From assembly GCA_947085035.1 (NCBI GenBank), contig CAMTUW010000005.1:22057-86056 (forward strand): a stretch of DNA of 64,000 nucleotides, read 5' to 3'. The position numbers were made by a program, and so were the translations under genes. The notes beneath the pieces were generated by a model that saw only the letters and a list, made by a program, of their open reading frames with translations, did no database searches and was not told the DNA's origin. The DNA comes from an uncultured Actinomycetes bacterium. Its GTDB lineage: Bacteria > Actinomycetota > Coriobacteriia > Anaerosomatales > PHET01. Positions 1-9,595 of this stretch are shown here, one piece after another (the stretch's first letter is position 1; every line of letters starts with the position of its first letter).

Positions 1-961
1 GGGCGGTCTCTATGCCCTGATCGCGTTGGGTTATACGCTGGTCTACGGCATCTTGCTCATGATCAACTTCGCGCACAGCGAGATGTTCATGTCAGGTGCG
101 TACTTCGGACTCCTTTGGTTGAACATTCTCAGCGAGTTGAGCTTCTTCACTCAAACGGCCTTCGGGCTCGTCTTGCTGTATATGGCTTCGATACTGCTCG
201 CGATGGTGATGACAGGGCTTCTCGGTGTGTTGATCGAACGATTCGCGTACCGACCCTTGAGACACGCACCGCGACTCGCGCCGTTGATCTCAGCGATCGG
301 CGTGTCGCTGTTCCTTCAGAATGCGGTGCTTCTCTGGGTCTCGTCTCGCTCGATTCCGTTCCCGGTGAAGTTCCCCGTGCTGCAGTACACGGTGGCGCGT
401 GACGCCGCCGGCTCCCTGCACCTCCTCGTGGTGGGCGCCCAGGAGCATCTCACGGATCGGTTGGGTGAGGGTGCCAACGCGATTCTTCAGGTCTCCACGC
501 TGCAGGTGATGATCGTCATGACGACGATCTCGCTGCTCATCGTGCTTGACACCTTCGTGTCGAAGACGCGAATGGGCAGGGCGATGCGTGCCACGTCGCA
601 GGATCGTGACGCTGCCGGGCTCATGGGCGTCGACATCAACAAGGTCATCGCGCTCACCTTCTTCATCGGCCCGGCGCTGGGTGCCGTTGCCGGTATCTTC
701 TCCGGCATGTACTACGGCAACATCAAGTACAACATGGGATTCATCCCGGGGATCAAATCCTTCACTGCAGCGGTTATCGGAGGTATCGGTAACCTGCGTG
801 GGGCGATGCTTGGTGGGTTCACGCTTGGAATGATCGAGGCTCTGGCCGCCGGATTCATATCGACCGGCTACAAAGACGTCATCGCCTTCATGATCCTCAT
901 CCTGGTTCTGATATTCCGTCCGGGCGGCCTGCTCGGCGAGTCCGTGGTAGAGAAGGTGTAG
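1..961 (+). CDS. livH: Branched-chain amino acid ABC permease (5'-truncated by window edge)
   Basis: Frame open from nt 2 (GGLYALIALGYTLVYGIL..INFAH); GRAMRATSQD and FTAAVIGGIG motifs; first of a livHMGF run. Confidence 0.93.
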   Translation, partial: GGLYALIALGYTLVYGILLMINFAHSEMFMSGAYFGLLWLNILSELSFFTQTAFGLVLLYMASILLAMVMTGLLGVLIERFAYRPLRHAPRLAPLISAIGVSLFLQNAVLLWVSSRSIPFPVKFPVLQYTVARDAAGSLHLLVVGAQEHLTDRLGEGANAILQVSTLQVMIVMTTISLLIVLDTFVSKTRMGRAMRATSQDRDAAGLMGVDINKVIALTFFIGPALGAVAGIFSGMYYGNIKYNMGFIPGIKSFTAAVIGGIGNLRGAMLGGFTLGMIEALAAGFISTGYKDVIAFMILILVLIFRPGGLLGESVVEKV

Positions 962-964
962 AGC

Positions 965-2167
965 ATGGGTGGCAGCAAGATCGAACTGAGAACCAACGTC
1001 CAAGGCAGCAAGCTCACGCCGAAACTGATCGCGATATACGCGGCCATTGCGGTGCTTGTCGTAGGCTTGCCGATCTACTTCCAGTCGACCGGGAACGTGT
1101 TCATGGTGCGTATCTTCGCACTGGTGGGCATCTACGTGATTCTCGCTTTGGGCCTCAACATCGTCGTTGGATACGCCGGGTTGCTCGACTTGGGGTATGT
1201 GGCGTTCTACGGCATGGGGGCCTACGCCGGAGTCCTGTTCGGATTCGTCTTCCAAAAGCTCGTCGGTGGCGCCGCATCCCCGCTGGCGGAGTACTCGTAC
1301 TGGGCGCTGATCATTCCTGCGACTCTGGCTGGCGCGGCGACAGGGGTCATGCTGGGGACCCCGGTGTTGCGTCTGCGTGGAGACTATCTCGCCATCGTCA
1401 CGCTCGGTTTCGGCGAGATCGTGCGCATCGCTCTGACCAACAACATCCTCGAGTTGACCAATGGCGCTGCGGGCCTTCCCGCCGTGGGCCAGGCCATCGT
1501 TCCCGCGATCGGCCAGCAATGGGTTCGCGATACCTTCAGTACCGACACATTCGTCTTCTCGAAAGACCTGTTCTGGTACTTCATCATCGTCATGTTGTGC
1601 CTGTTCACCATCTTCATCATCCGGCGCCTCGACAACTCCCGCCTGGGGCGCGCCTGGGTCGCCATGCGCGAAGACGAGGTGGCCGCAGCCTCGGTGGGCA
1701 TCAACATCATGACCACGAAGCTGTGGGCGTTCTCGCTGGGAGCGGTCTGGGGAGGAATCGCCGGCATCACATACGCGTACTGGGTGGGCTTCATCAGCCC
1801 CGAGTCGTTCAACTTCATGGAGTCGGTACTCATCGTCTGCATGGTCGTACTGGGCGGCATGGGGTCGATCCCGGGCGCGATCATCGGTGCGGTCATCATC
1901 GCCGGTCTCCCGGAGGCGATTCGCGGTATGGCTCAGTCCGAGGTCCTCTCGGGTATTCTGACGCCGGAGCAGGCCTCGCTCGTGGGTGACTACCGGTTCC
2001 TCATCTTCGGCGGTCTGATGGTGATCATGATGGCGGTCAGACCTCAAGGCATCTTCCCCTCTACGCGGCGTGCGCGAGAACTGACCTCCGACGATGTGAT
2101 CATCGCCGAGTCCAACACCGACCTGTGGGAAGTCGAGCACAAAACCGACACCCCGCACTCCCTCTAG
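965..2167 (+). CDS. livM: Branched-chain amino acid ABC permease
   Basis: ALGLNIVVGYAGLLDLGYVAFY, LRLRGDYLAIVTLGFGEI, GRAWVAMREDE motifs. Confidence 0.93.
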   Translation: MGGSKIELRTNVQGSKLTPKLIAIYAAIAVLVVGLPIYFQSTGNVFMVRIFALVGIYVILALGLNIVVGYAGLLDLGYVAFYGMGAYAGVLFGFVFQKLVGGAASPLAEYSYWALIIPATLAGAATGVMLGTPVLRLRGDYLAIVTLGFGEIVRIALTNNILELTNGAAGLPAVGQAIVPAIGQQWVRDTFSTDTFVFSKDLFWYFIIVMLCLFTIFIIRRLDNSRLGRAWVAMREDEVAAASVGINIMTTKLWAFSLGAVWGGIAGITYAYWVGFISPESFNFMESVLIVCMVVLGGMGSIPGAIIGAVIIAGLPEAIRGMAQSEVLSGILTPEQASLVGDYRFLIFGGLMVIMMAVRPQGIFPSTRRARELTSDDVIIAESNTDLWEVEHKTDTPHSL

Positions 2168-2191
2168 ATGATGAAAGGAGAGGTCGAACAG

Positions 2192-2980
2192 ATGACACGA
2201 CTCATCGACGCCAGTAACGTCACCATGCAGTTCGGCGGCCTCAAGGCGTTGAGTGATATCGACTTTCACGTCGATCAGGGAGAGATCGTTGCTTTGATCG
2301 GCCCCAACGGGGCGGGCAAGACCACGTTCTTCAACCTGCTCACGGGCATCTACAAGCCCACGTCGGGCACCCTCACCTTCAAGGGTCAGTCCGTGGGCGG
2401 TAAGCGCCCGCACAAGATCTGCCGTATGGGAATCGCTCGGACGTTTCAAAACATCCGACTCTTCCAGAACATGACGACGCTCGAAAACGTCATGGTCGGG
2501 CGCCACACGCGCACCAAGGCGGGCCCCTTCCGCGCCATGCTGCGCACTCCGAGCTTCTACCGCGAGGAGAAGAACACCGTCCAGGAGGCGCTGCGTTGGC
2601 TCACCTTCGTGGGGCTTGTCGATTACGCGAATGAGCTCGCAAAGAACCTACCCTATGGCGCTCAGCGACGACTTGAGATCGCGCGCGCACTTGCCACCGA
2701 GCCCGCGATGCTTCTGCTGGACGAGCCCGCCGCAGGCATGAACCCCCAGGAAAGCGTCGAGCTGACGGCTCTGGTGGGACGGGTTCGAGACGCCGGTATC
2801 ACCGTCTTGCTCATCGAGCATGACATGAAGGTCGTTATGGACATCGCCGACCGTATCGTGGTCCTCGACTTCGGCGAGAAGATCGCAGAGGGACTGCCTG
2901 CAGAGATCCAGCGCAATCCGAAAGTCATCGAAGCCTACCTCGGTAAAGGCGCCGAGGCGCTGATGGCCGCACACGGCTAG
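2192..2980 (+). CDS. livG: Branched-chain amino acid ABC ATP-binding protein
   Basis: Walker A GPNGAGKT, LPYGAQRRLEIARAL, LLLDEPAAG; start moved to ATG 2192 after AAAGGAG RBS. Confidence 0.93.
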   Translation: MTRLIDASNVTMQFGGLKALSDIDFHVDQGEIVALIGPNGAGKTTFFNLLTGIYKPTSGTLTFKGQSVGGKRPHKICRMGIARTFQNIRLFQNMTTLENVMVGRHTRTKAGPFRAMLRTPSFYREEKNTVQEALRWLTFVGLVDYANELAKNLPYGAQRRLEIARALATEPAMLLLDEPAAGMNPQESVELTALVGRVRDAGITVLLIEHDMKVVMDIADRIVVLDFGEKIAEGLPAEIQRNPKVIEAYLGKGAEALMAAHG

Positions 2981-2988
2981 GAGTAACC

Positions 2989-3696
2989 GTGCTCAAGGTT
3001 GACAATCTACACACGTTCTACGGCAAGATCGAGGCGCTCAAGGGCATCTCGATTCATGTCGAAGAGGGAGAGATCGTCACGTTGATCGGTGCCAACGGCG
3101 CCGGTAAATCGACCACGCTCAAGACTCTCTCCGGCCAGATATCACCCGCAGCCGGCACCATCGAGTTCGATGGGCATCGGCTTGGGGGCATGCCCGCGCA
3201 CAAGGTCACCGCGCTTGGAGTGATCCAGGTGCCGGAGGGTCGGCGGATCTTCCCCCGCATGACCGTGTACGAGAACCTGGAAATGGGCGCGTTCCTTCGC
3301 AGGGACAAGGCTGCGATCGAGGCTGACATCCAGCATGTCTTCGAGTTGTTCCCCCGTCTGAAGGAGCGCATCGCCCAGCGAGGCGGTACGCTTTCCGGAG
3401 GCGAGCAGCAGATGCTCGCCATGGGACGCGCACTCATGGCTCGACCTAAACTGCTCATGCTCGACGAGCCATCCATGGGGCTTGCGCCGGTCGTCGTTGA
3501 GACGATCTTCGAGATCATCCAGAAACTCAACGAGGACGGCATCACCATCTTGCTGGTGGAGCAGAACGCGAACCTCGCTCTTTCCCTCGCTCACCGTGGC
3601 TACGTGCTCGAGACCGGGCATATCAAGCTGACCGGGACCGGCAAGGAGCTGCTCGCCAACGACGAGGTGAGAAAGGCGTATCTCGGCGAGGGTTAG
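2989..3696 (+). CDS. livF: Branched-chain amino acid ABC ATP-binding protein
   Basis: GANGAGKST, VPEGRRIF, LSGGEQQMLAMGRAL. Confidence 0.93.
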   Translation: MLKVDNLHTFYGKIEALKGISIHVEEGEIVTLIGANGAGKSTTLKTLSGQISPAAGTIEFDGHRLGGMPAHKVTALGVIQVPEGRRIFPRMTVYENLEMGAFLRRDKAAIEADIQHVFELFPRLKERIAQRGGTLSGGEQQMLAMGRALMARPKLLMLDEPSMGLAPVVVETIFEIIQKLNEDGITILLVEQNANLALSLAHRGYVLETGHIKLTGTGKELLANDEVRKAYLGEG

Positions 3697-3709
3697 CGGT
3701 GCTGGTGCG

Positions 3710-5017
3710 TCAGAACCGCTCAAGCTCGTGCTCGGCGCGGACCCGAGCGGCGCGCGCGGCGATCTCGACCGGTTCGACCGGATCTTCGAGGCGACCCTCG
3801 AGCACCTTCCACGCTCCTGCGGCCAGTACCGCTGACACGGTGCTGGCGCCGGCGAATCGCACGAAGTCGCTCTCGGGGTCGCTCGTCTCGCCGATGCGGA
3901 AGATGGCGAGGTCGGCCTGCATCCCACGTTCGAGGATCCCGAAACGGTCCTCGAGGCCCAGCGTGATCGCACCCATCGCCGTCACCATCTCGATCAGCGT
4001 GCGCGGAGAAATGGATGGGTCGAGGTCGTGGAGGGCGCGGACATCCTCCATCAGGTCAAGGTCGTGGTTGCTGGCGGCCGAGTCGGTCCCCAGACCGACC
4101 GGCACACCGGCTTTCAACAGGCGAGCCACGGGAGCGACCGGGTTGGACAGATAGATGTTCGAGCGCGGGCACGCGACGACACCCCGCGCGGATGATGCGA
4201 GGCGGGCGATGTCATTCGGTCCGATGTGGCCCGCGTGAACAACGGTGGCTCCGTCGAGGACTCCGAGGCGATCGAGATATGTGACTGGACTGCAACCAGG
4301 CGCCTCGAATCCGTCTGCATTGCGTTCGGCCACATCGGCGAGTGGCCCGCATCCGTCACGAAGCAGCTCCACTTCCGCTGCGGATTCCGCAGCGTGCACG
4401 CAGTAGGGCACGTGCCACTCGAGGGCGGCTTCGTGCAACGCCTGAATCAGTCTGGGACCCGCTGTGTAGGGTGAGTGGGGAGACAGACCGCAGCGGACTC
4501 GGGGGCCACATCCTCCGTCAATGTTTGCGGGGAACTCCATCTTCTCCAATCGTGCGTACAGGGCGGGCGAGGGAATGCCGAGTACCTCCCAGAAGAACGT
4601 GCCCCCCACTCCGGCTTCGAGTGAGGTCAGGCGGGCTTCGGGACAGGTCGTGATGTCCCCGACGACGGTCACCCCGGCCTGCAAGCAGCGATGAGCGCCG
4701 AGTGCGGCCGAGGCGCGATGATCGCCCGGTTCCCACGACCCGATCGCACCCATCAATCGGGAGAGCCAGTGCTCGAACGCCTGGGGCTCGATCAGTCCCC
4801 CGATCGCTGTGAGCGACAGGTGGGTGTGGGCGTTGACGAGGCCCGGCACGATGACGCAGCCGGGGTGGTCATGACGCGGGACGCTCGAATGAAGGTTCGC
4901 GAGATCATCCGCGCGTCCGACCTCGACGATCACGTCGTCGATGACCAGTACAGCACCGTGGCTGATCGGCGGTCGCGAGACGGGCAGTACCCAATCAGCG
5001 GTGATGAGCACTCGCAC
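3710..5017 (-). CDS. Amidohydrolase family metal-dependent deaminase (MtaD / aminodeoxyfutalosine deaminase-like)
   Basis: PGLVNAHTHL, SPHSPY, HAAES, LGTDS motifs; close to mqn genes. Confidence 0.8.
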   Translation of the reverse strand: MRVLITADWVLPVSRPPISHGAVLVIDDVIVEVGRADDLANLHSSVPRHDHPGCVIVPGLVNAHTHLSLTAIGGLIEPQAFEHWLSRLMGAIGSWEPGDHRASAALGAHRCLQAGVTVVGDITTCPEARLTSLEAGVGGTFFWEVLGIPSPALYARLEKMEFPANIDGGCGPRVRCGLSPHSPYTAGPRLIQALHEAALEWHVPYCVHAAESAAEVELLRDGCGPLADVAERNADGFEAPGCSPVTYLDRLGVLDGATVVHAGHIGPNDIARLASSARGVVACPRSNIYLSNPVAPVARLLKAGVPVGLGTDSAASNHDLDLMEDVRALHDLDPSISPRTLIEMVTAMGAITLGLEDRFGILERGMQADLAIFRIGETSDPESDFVRFAGASTVSAVLAAGAWKVLEGRLEDPVEPVEIAARAARVRAEHELERF

Positions 5018-5869
5018 TCAGTCCTTTCTGACGTCCGGAATGGACAACAGGCTGGGCTTGCGGAACTCTTCGCACCCGCAGGTGCTGTCAAGCGGCGCGT
5101 CGGCCACGGTGTCGATGACGATTCGGGCGATGGTCTCCGACTCCTCGAAGAAGACGGCCTTCAGCTCGTCGTGCTCCCACTCGCGCACCACGCCCTCGCC
5201 GTAGTTGACGACGATGTAGATGCCGGCGTAGCACGCGCCGATGTCTCGAGCGAGGAAGACCTCGGGCGCGAGCGATTGGCCGATGACGTCGCCACCAAGG
5301 CGTCGCAAGTAGTCGACCTCGGCGACCGACTCGAAACGCGGGCCGTCAGTGACGAGGTAGGTGCCACGCTTGAAGACGCGTTGGAATTCGACTGACGCCC
5401 CGGCGTGGAGATGATCGGCCAAGACGGGGCAGATGGGACGGCGCATTATCAACAGGTGATCGCCGCGCACGTAGATGTCTTGTTTGATGGTGGTGTCGAT
5501 GAAGTCGTTCGGAATCATGATGTCGCGCGGGTCGAGCAGGTGATTCAGCGAGCCGACACCACCGTCTGCAACGACCTTGGACACCCCCGCTTCGTGAAAC
5601 ACCCAGAAGACCTGGAGCGAGGCGTCGGCTCGCTTCACTCCTCGACGCCAGCCGTGCATCTTCACAGCCAGAGCCTCTCGGGCGCCATGGAGGCCCGTGA
5701 CCCGGAAGTGAGTGAACGCGGGCGAGGTGCCGAACGGGGTCTCGAACACGAGATCCTCAGCGAGAACCTCGACGCGCTCGTCGTTCAGTGCGGCCGGGAA
5801 GTGGAACGAGAGCGATCCCGAGCCACCGCAGACGCCGAACTGTGCGGTTGGTACGTGTTGTCCGGGCAT
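5018..5869 (-). CDS. MTAP-family purine nucleoside phosphorylase
   Basis: GGSG, TPFG, DGPRFESVAE, PEVFLARDIGACYA; start at ATG 5869 after AGGAGG RBS. Confidence 0.85.
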   Translation of the reverse strand: MPGQHVPTAQFGVCGGSGSLSFHFPAALNDERVEVLAEDLVFETPFGTSPAFTHFRVTGLHGAREALAVKMHGWRRGVKRADASLQVFWVFHEAGVSKVVADGGVGSLNHLLDPRDIMIPNDFIDTTIKQDIYVRGDHLLIMRRPICPVLADHLHAGASVEFQRVFKRGTYLVTDGPRFESVAEVDYLRRLGGDVIGQSLAPEVFLARDIGACYAGIYIVVNYGEGVVREWEHDELKAVFFEESETIARIVIDTVADAPLDSTCGCEEFRKPSLLSIPDVRKD

Positions 5870-6071
5870 GTCTTCCTCCTCGTGGCAATGGTACCCGAGC
5901 TGGGCGAACGGCGGTGACAAAAAATAGTTCGACGTTTGGTAGCGGACGTGCTACAGTGCTGGCACAGGTCCATTCGGGGCCTGCGGTTTGCGACGTGGCT
6001 TGCCCTTCGTAGACGGAGGAACAAGTACGTCGTTTGTTTTATGCCCTGCGGGGCAGGAGAGCGAGATCAGC

Positions 6072-6275
6072 ATGGCACAGGGTACAGTCAAGTGGTTCAA
6101 TCCGGACAAGGGCTATGGCTTCATCGAGCGTGAGGGTGGCGACGATCTGTTCGTTCACTTCAGCGAGATCCAGGGCGAGGGCTTCAAGACCCTCGACGAG
6201 GGCCAGGCCGTTTCCTTCGAAGAGGCCACCGGTCAGAACGGCAAGCAGCAGGCCGTGAAGGTCACCAGGCTCTAA
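6072..6275 (+). CDS. cspA: Cold-shock protein
   Basis: [18 protein letters not shown]...LFVHFS (RNP1/RNP2), 67 aa; AGGAG RBS; long 5' UTR. Confidence 0.95.
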   Translation: MAQGTVKWFNPDKGYGFIEREGGDDLFVHFSEIQGEGFKTLDEGQAVSFEEATGQNGKQQAVKVTRL

Positions 6276-6314
6276 GTTCGAACCTGGCCGCCTCGAAACG
6301 GGGCGGTTGCATGC

Positions 6315-6349
6315 GAGAGGCGGTCCCAATAGGGGCCGCCTCTTTCTTT
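6315..6349 (+). terminator. Intrinsic terminator between convergent cspA and mqnC
   Basis: GAGAGGCGGTCCC-AATA-GGGGCCGCCTCT stem with a T-rich tail; second hairpin at about 6287-6308. Confidence 0.8.
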
Positions 6350-6372
6350 GCCGGATGGCGGCGCGGGCGAGC

Positions 6373-7491
6373 TCAGAAACGCCGGACCTCGCGGTAGAGC
6401 GTGTCGCGCTGCACCGGGGTGTAGCCGGCGTCTGCCACGAGGCGCACGAGCTCCTCGCGGGCGAGCATGAAGCGCGTGCCGGCCGCAGCGACCACGTTCT
6501 CCTCGATCATCGTCGAGCCCATGTCGTTCGCGCCGAACGCGAGAGCGACCTGTCCGATCTTGGCGCCTTGTGTCACCCAGCTCGCTTGGACGTTTCGCAC
6601 GTTGTCCAGGTAGAGGCGCGATACCGCGAGAGTGCGCAGGTAATCCCAGCCGCTGGTAGCCGCGAGCGTCACGCCGCGCGCGGTGAGCTCGTCTTCGGCG
6701 AGCGCGGTGTTGCCGGGCTGAAAGCTCCACGGGATGAACGCGCGAAAACCGACGCGTTGGGCCGCGACGGCTTCGTCTTGGACGTCGCGGATACGTCGCA
6801 GGTGCTCGACGCGCTCTTCAGGGGTCTCGATGCCGCCGAACATCATCGTCGCGGTGGTGGAGATGTCCAGCGTATGGGCTTCTCGCATGACGTCGAGCCA
6901 CTGGTCGGAGGTCGCCTTCTTCGGCGATACGTGTCCGCGGACTCGGTCCACGAGGATCTCGGCGCCACCGCCCGGCAGTGAGTCCAGGCCGGCGGCGCGC
7001 AGCCGGGCCAAGACCTCGCGGGTCGAGACCCCCGAGAGCTTCGAGAGGTGAAAGACCTCCGGCGGGCCGAAACCGTGCACGTGGATCGACGGGTGATCGG
7101 CCTTGATGGCGGCGAGCATCTCCTCGTACCACGCGAGCCCGAGATCCGGGTGCATGCCGCCTTGGAGCAGGATGGCGGTGCCATCGAGCTCGAGCGTCTC
7201 GGCGACCTTTTCGGCGAGCTCCTCGCGCGTGAGCACGTAGGCGTCCGCGGAGTCGGGGGTCGCGAAGAACGCGCAGAAGCGGCACTCGCTCACGCAGACG
7301 TTCGTGTAGTTGACGTTGCGGTCCACGATGAAGGTGACTTCGTCGGTGGGTACGAGGCGGCGGCGCACGACGTTAGCGGCGGCGGCGAGCTCGAGCAGGT
7401 CGCCGTGTGCGAGGAGCCGGATCGCCTGCGCATCGGTGAGACGCGCCGCACCGCTGACAACGGCCTCGAGGTCAATGCCACTGACGGGCAT
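6373..7491 (-). CDS. mqnC: Cyclic dehypoxanthinyl futalosine synthase (radical SAM)
   Basis: DRNVNYTNVCVSECRFCAF, LLQGGMHP, PGGGAEIL, GANDMGSTMIEENVV; start overlaps mqnA stop. Confidence 0.9.
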   Translation of the reverse strand: MPVSGIDLEAVVSGAARLTDAQAIRLLAHGDLLELAAAANVVRRRLVPTDEVTFIVDRNVNYTNVCVSECRFCAFFATPDSADAYVLTREELAEKVAETLELDGTAILLQGGMHPDLGLAWYEEMLAAIKADHPSIHVHGFGPPEVFHLSKLSGVSTREVLARLRAAGLDSLPGGGAEILVDRVRGHVSPKKATSDQWLDVMREAHTLDISTTATMMFGGIETPEERVEHLRRIRDVQDEAVAAQRVGFRAFIPWSFQPGNTALAEDELTARGVTLAATSGWDYLRTLAVSRLYLDNVRNVQASWVTQGAKIGQVALAFGANDMGSTMIEENVVAAAGTRFMLAREELVRLVADAGYTPVQRDTLYREVRRF

Positions 7492-8324
7492 CAGTCTTCC
7501 CCGAAGACGCGCAGCGTCGGCATACGGTCGAGCTGCCCGATCTGTAACGCCTCGGCGAGAAAGCGGGAGAACCCTTCGCGGTATCGGGGTTCGTAGCGAA
7601 ACTCCAGCGCATCGAAGTAGCTGCGGAACTGTTCGGCCGCGAACGGCTCCCATCGGGCCGCATGTTTGGAGATCTCATCCAGGTGATCGCGACAGTAGGA
7701 GAGCGAGCCGGAAAGGGCGTCACTGATCTGGCGCACCGTCTCCGGGTGCTTCTCGGCGAACGAGCGACGCACCGCCCACACGGCATACACCATCGGCAGC
7801 CCGGTGAACTCCTTCCACGCCACTCCGAGATCGTAGTCGGTAAGACCCGGCGTGGGCTCCCAGTGCTCGCGCAGCGCCTCGTCGCCTATCAGGAGCGCGG
7901 CATCCGCATCGCGCATCATCCCGGGCAGATCCGGCGGCATCGTGATGTAGTTCGGGGAGACGCCCCAGTGCTTCTCGAGCAGGATGCGTGCGAGCACCTG
8001 CGAGGTCCGGGAGTTGGAGGCCAAGGCGACGGTCCGCCCCGAGAGGTCTTGTACGGCGCCGTTCGAGACGAGGAGTATCGACTGGACCTCGCCGTCGCTT
8101 GAGATCGCGATGTCGGGTAGGAGCACGAGATCGTCGGCGTTGCGAGCGTATTCGATCGCGGGAATCGGTGCGATTTCCAGCTCGCCGGAGACGAGCATCT
8201 CGGCAAGGTCGGCGGGATTCGCCCGAATCAGGTCGACGTCGAGCAGCACGTCTTGCTTGACCATGCCGTAGTACAACGGCAGACAGTTGATGAACTGGAT
8301 GTGGCCGAGGCGGGGGCGGGGCAT
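7491..8324 (-). CDS. mqnA: Chorismate dehydratase
   Basis: LGHIQFINCLPL, AALLIGDEAL, DLGVAWKEFTGLPMVYAVW. Confidence 0.9.
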   Translation of the reverse strand: MPRPRLGHIQFINCLPLYYGMVKQDVLLDVDLIRANPADLAEMLVSGELEIAPIPAIEYARNADDLVLLPDIAISSDGEVQSILLVSNGAVQDLSGRTVALASNSRTSQVLARILLEKHWGVSPNYITMPPDLPGMMRDADAALLIGDEALREHWEPTPGLTDYDLGVAWKEFTGLPMVYAVWAVRRSFAEKHPETVRQISDALSGSLSYCRDHLDEISKHAARWEPFAAEQFRSYFDALEFRYEPRYREGFSRFLAEALQIGQLDRMPTLRVFGED

Positions 8325-8459
8325 AGAGGCTTCGATTCTCGTCGTTGCCGGGAAAAACGGATTCACTGTAGCAGAGGCGCTGTTCGGTGACGATTCGGGT
8401 GTGTTGGGGATGCTGAGATCCTACGACTTTCGCGGTGCTGGAGGCAGCAGCCAGTTAGC

Positions 8460-8481
8460 TGGCGGAGAGGGAGGGTTCGAA
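8460..8481 (-). other. Isolated tRNA-Ser-like 3'-end fragment (possible att remnant)
   Basis: Minus strand reads TTCGAACCCTCCCTCTCCGCCA (T-loop one nt short, T-stem, acceptor strand, G discriminator, CCA); no 5' tRNA half present. Confidence 0.55.
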
Positions 8482-8578
8482 GTAGTGCCTGCTTTCGGGG
8501 AGCGTAGGCTGTATGGCTACTCCCGTCACACGATTCTCGGCGGGCGCCACCACACTGAAGCCCTGGCTGTGCGCCCCA

Positions 8579-9541
8579 TTACAAGCCGCCAAGCCGCCTT
8601 CCGCTTGTGCGACGCTTGTGCTCTTCGTATGTGTCATCAACGAATTCGACGAGCCACTCGAGCGCGCCCTGGGTCACGTGCCATGCATCGTGAAGCAGGA
8701 ACGCCGCGTAGACGGCCTCCTCCTCGCTTCCCGACGAGTAGCTCTGTGGTAGCTCCGCTGGAGGTTTGCGGATGCCGAGGAGATACATCGCGACGGCCGG
8801 ATTCGTGATCATGGCGGTATCGAGCGCTTCGTCGGCACCCTTCGTCCGGGCGAACGCCTGAAACGCTTGAAGCGCCCGCGCCCAGGCCATCGCAGCAGAA
8901 TCGTCGGTGTCGAACTGACGAAGCAGCCTCGCGGCAGCGCCGGTCTGTGCGTTGAAGAGCAGCCAGCCAGCGAGCACATCTCGCACGCCTTGGTTGTCAT
9001 TCGGGTTGAGATTCAACAGCGCTTGCGCGTGCGCGATCGCATCGTCGTCTTCGCCGGTGTCCCACAGTAGCTGAGCGAGAGCGAACCGTGCACGCATGTA
9101 TGGTCGCGTACTGAATTCGCCCCAGAAGTGGCCGTCGTTCTCCTCGAAGAACCCGGGGCCGAGCCGCTTTTCGGCGGCACTCGTCGCCTTTTCGAGCAGG
9201 CGAAGAGCTACGTCGATGTCTTCGGTCAGCCCTGCCAACACAACGAGCGCGTCCGCACATTCGGGATCGAGATCGAGGGCGGCCTCCGCCAAAGCTCGGG
9301 CCCGCTTGTCGGTGGGCGCCTCCCATGCGGCGTAGACGAGGTCTTGGGCCTGTTTCTCAGGCGTGTCGAGATCCGGCACGCGCCTCAAAGGTCCATTGAA
9401 GTTCTTGGCGAGGAACGCGTTGACTTCCTCTGAGTCCTTGAACTCGTGGCCCGCCATCAGTTCGTGCATGTCGCGCAAGATGCGCTCGGTGGGTCGCCCG
9501 CCCATGGCGCGCTCGTTCGCAGGTTCCTTGGCTGTCATCAT
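8579..9541 (-). CDS. Uncharacterised TPR-like helical protein
   Basis: 320 aa, good RBS; FWGEFSTRPYMRAR...LLNLNPNDNQGVR pattern of a TPR-like family; sits between mqnE and mqnA. Confidence 0.75.
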   Translation of the reverse strand: MMTAKEPANERAMGGRPTERILRDMHELMAGHEFKDSEEVNAFLAKNFNGPLRRVPDLDTPEKQAQDLVYAAWEAPTDKRARALAEAALDLDPECADALVVLAGLTEDIDVALRLLEKATSAAEKRLGPGFFEENDGHFWGEFSTRPYMRARFALAQLLWDTGEDDDAIAHAQALLNLNPNDNQGVRDVLAGWLLFNAQTGAAARLLRQFDTDDSAAMAWARALQAFQAFARTKGADEALDTAMITNPAVAMYLLGIRKPPAELPQSYSSGSEEEAVYAAFLLHDAWHVTQGALEWLVEFVDDTYEEHKRRTSGRRLGGL

Positions 9542-9595
9542 TCACTCCCTGTCACGATCTTCCGTCGCCGGGGCCGGACGCGTCGCCGACGGGCT

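Noticed and set aside
290-2506. 738-aa minus-strand ORF (also 17327-19198, 60673-62517, 14782-16356 and many others)
   Set aside because: Antisense shadows of well-supported genes, expected in high-GC DNA; no recognisable motifs.
5960-6071. Long cspA 5' UTR as a new RNA
   Set aside because: Long structured leaders are typical of cold-shock genes; nothing distinctive seen.
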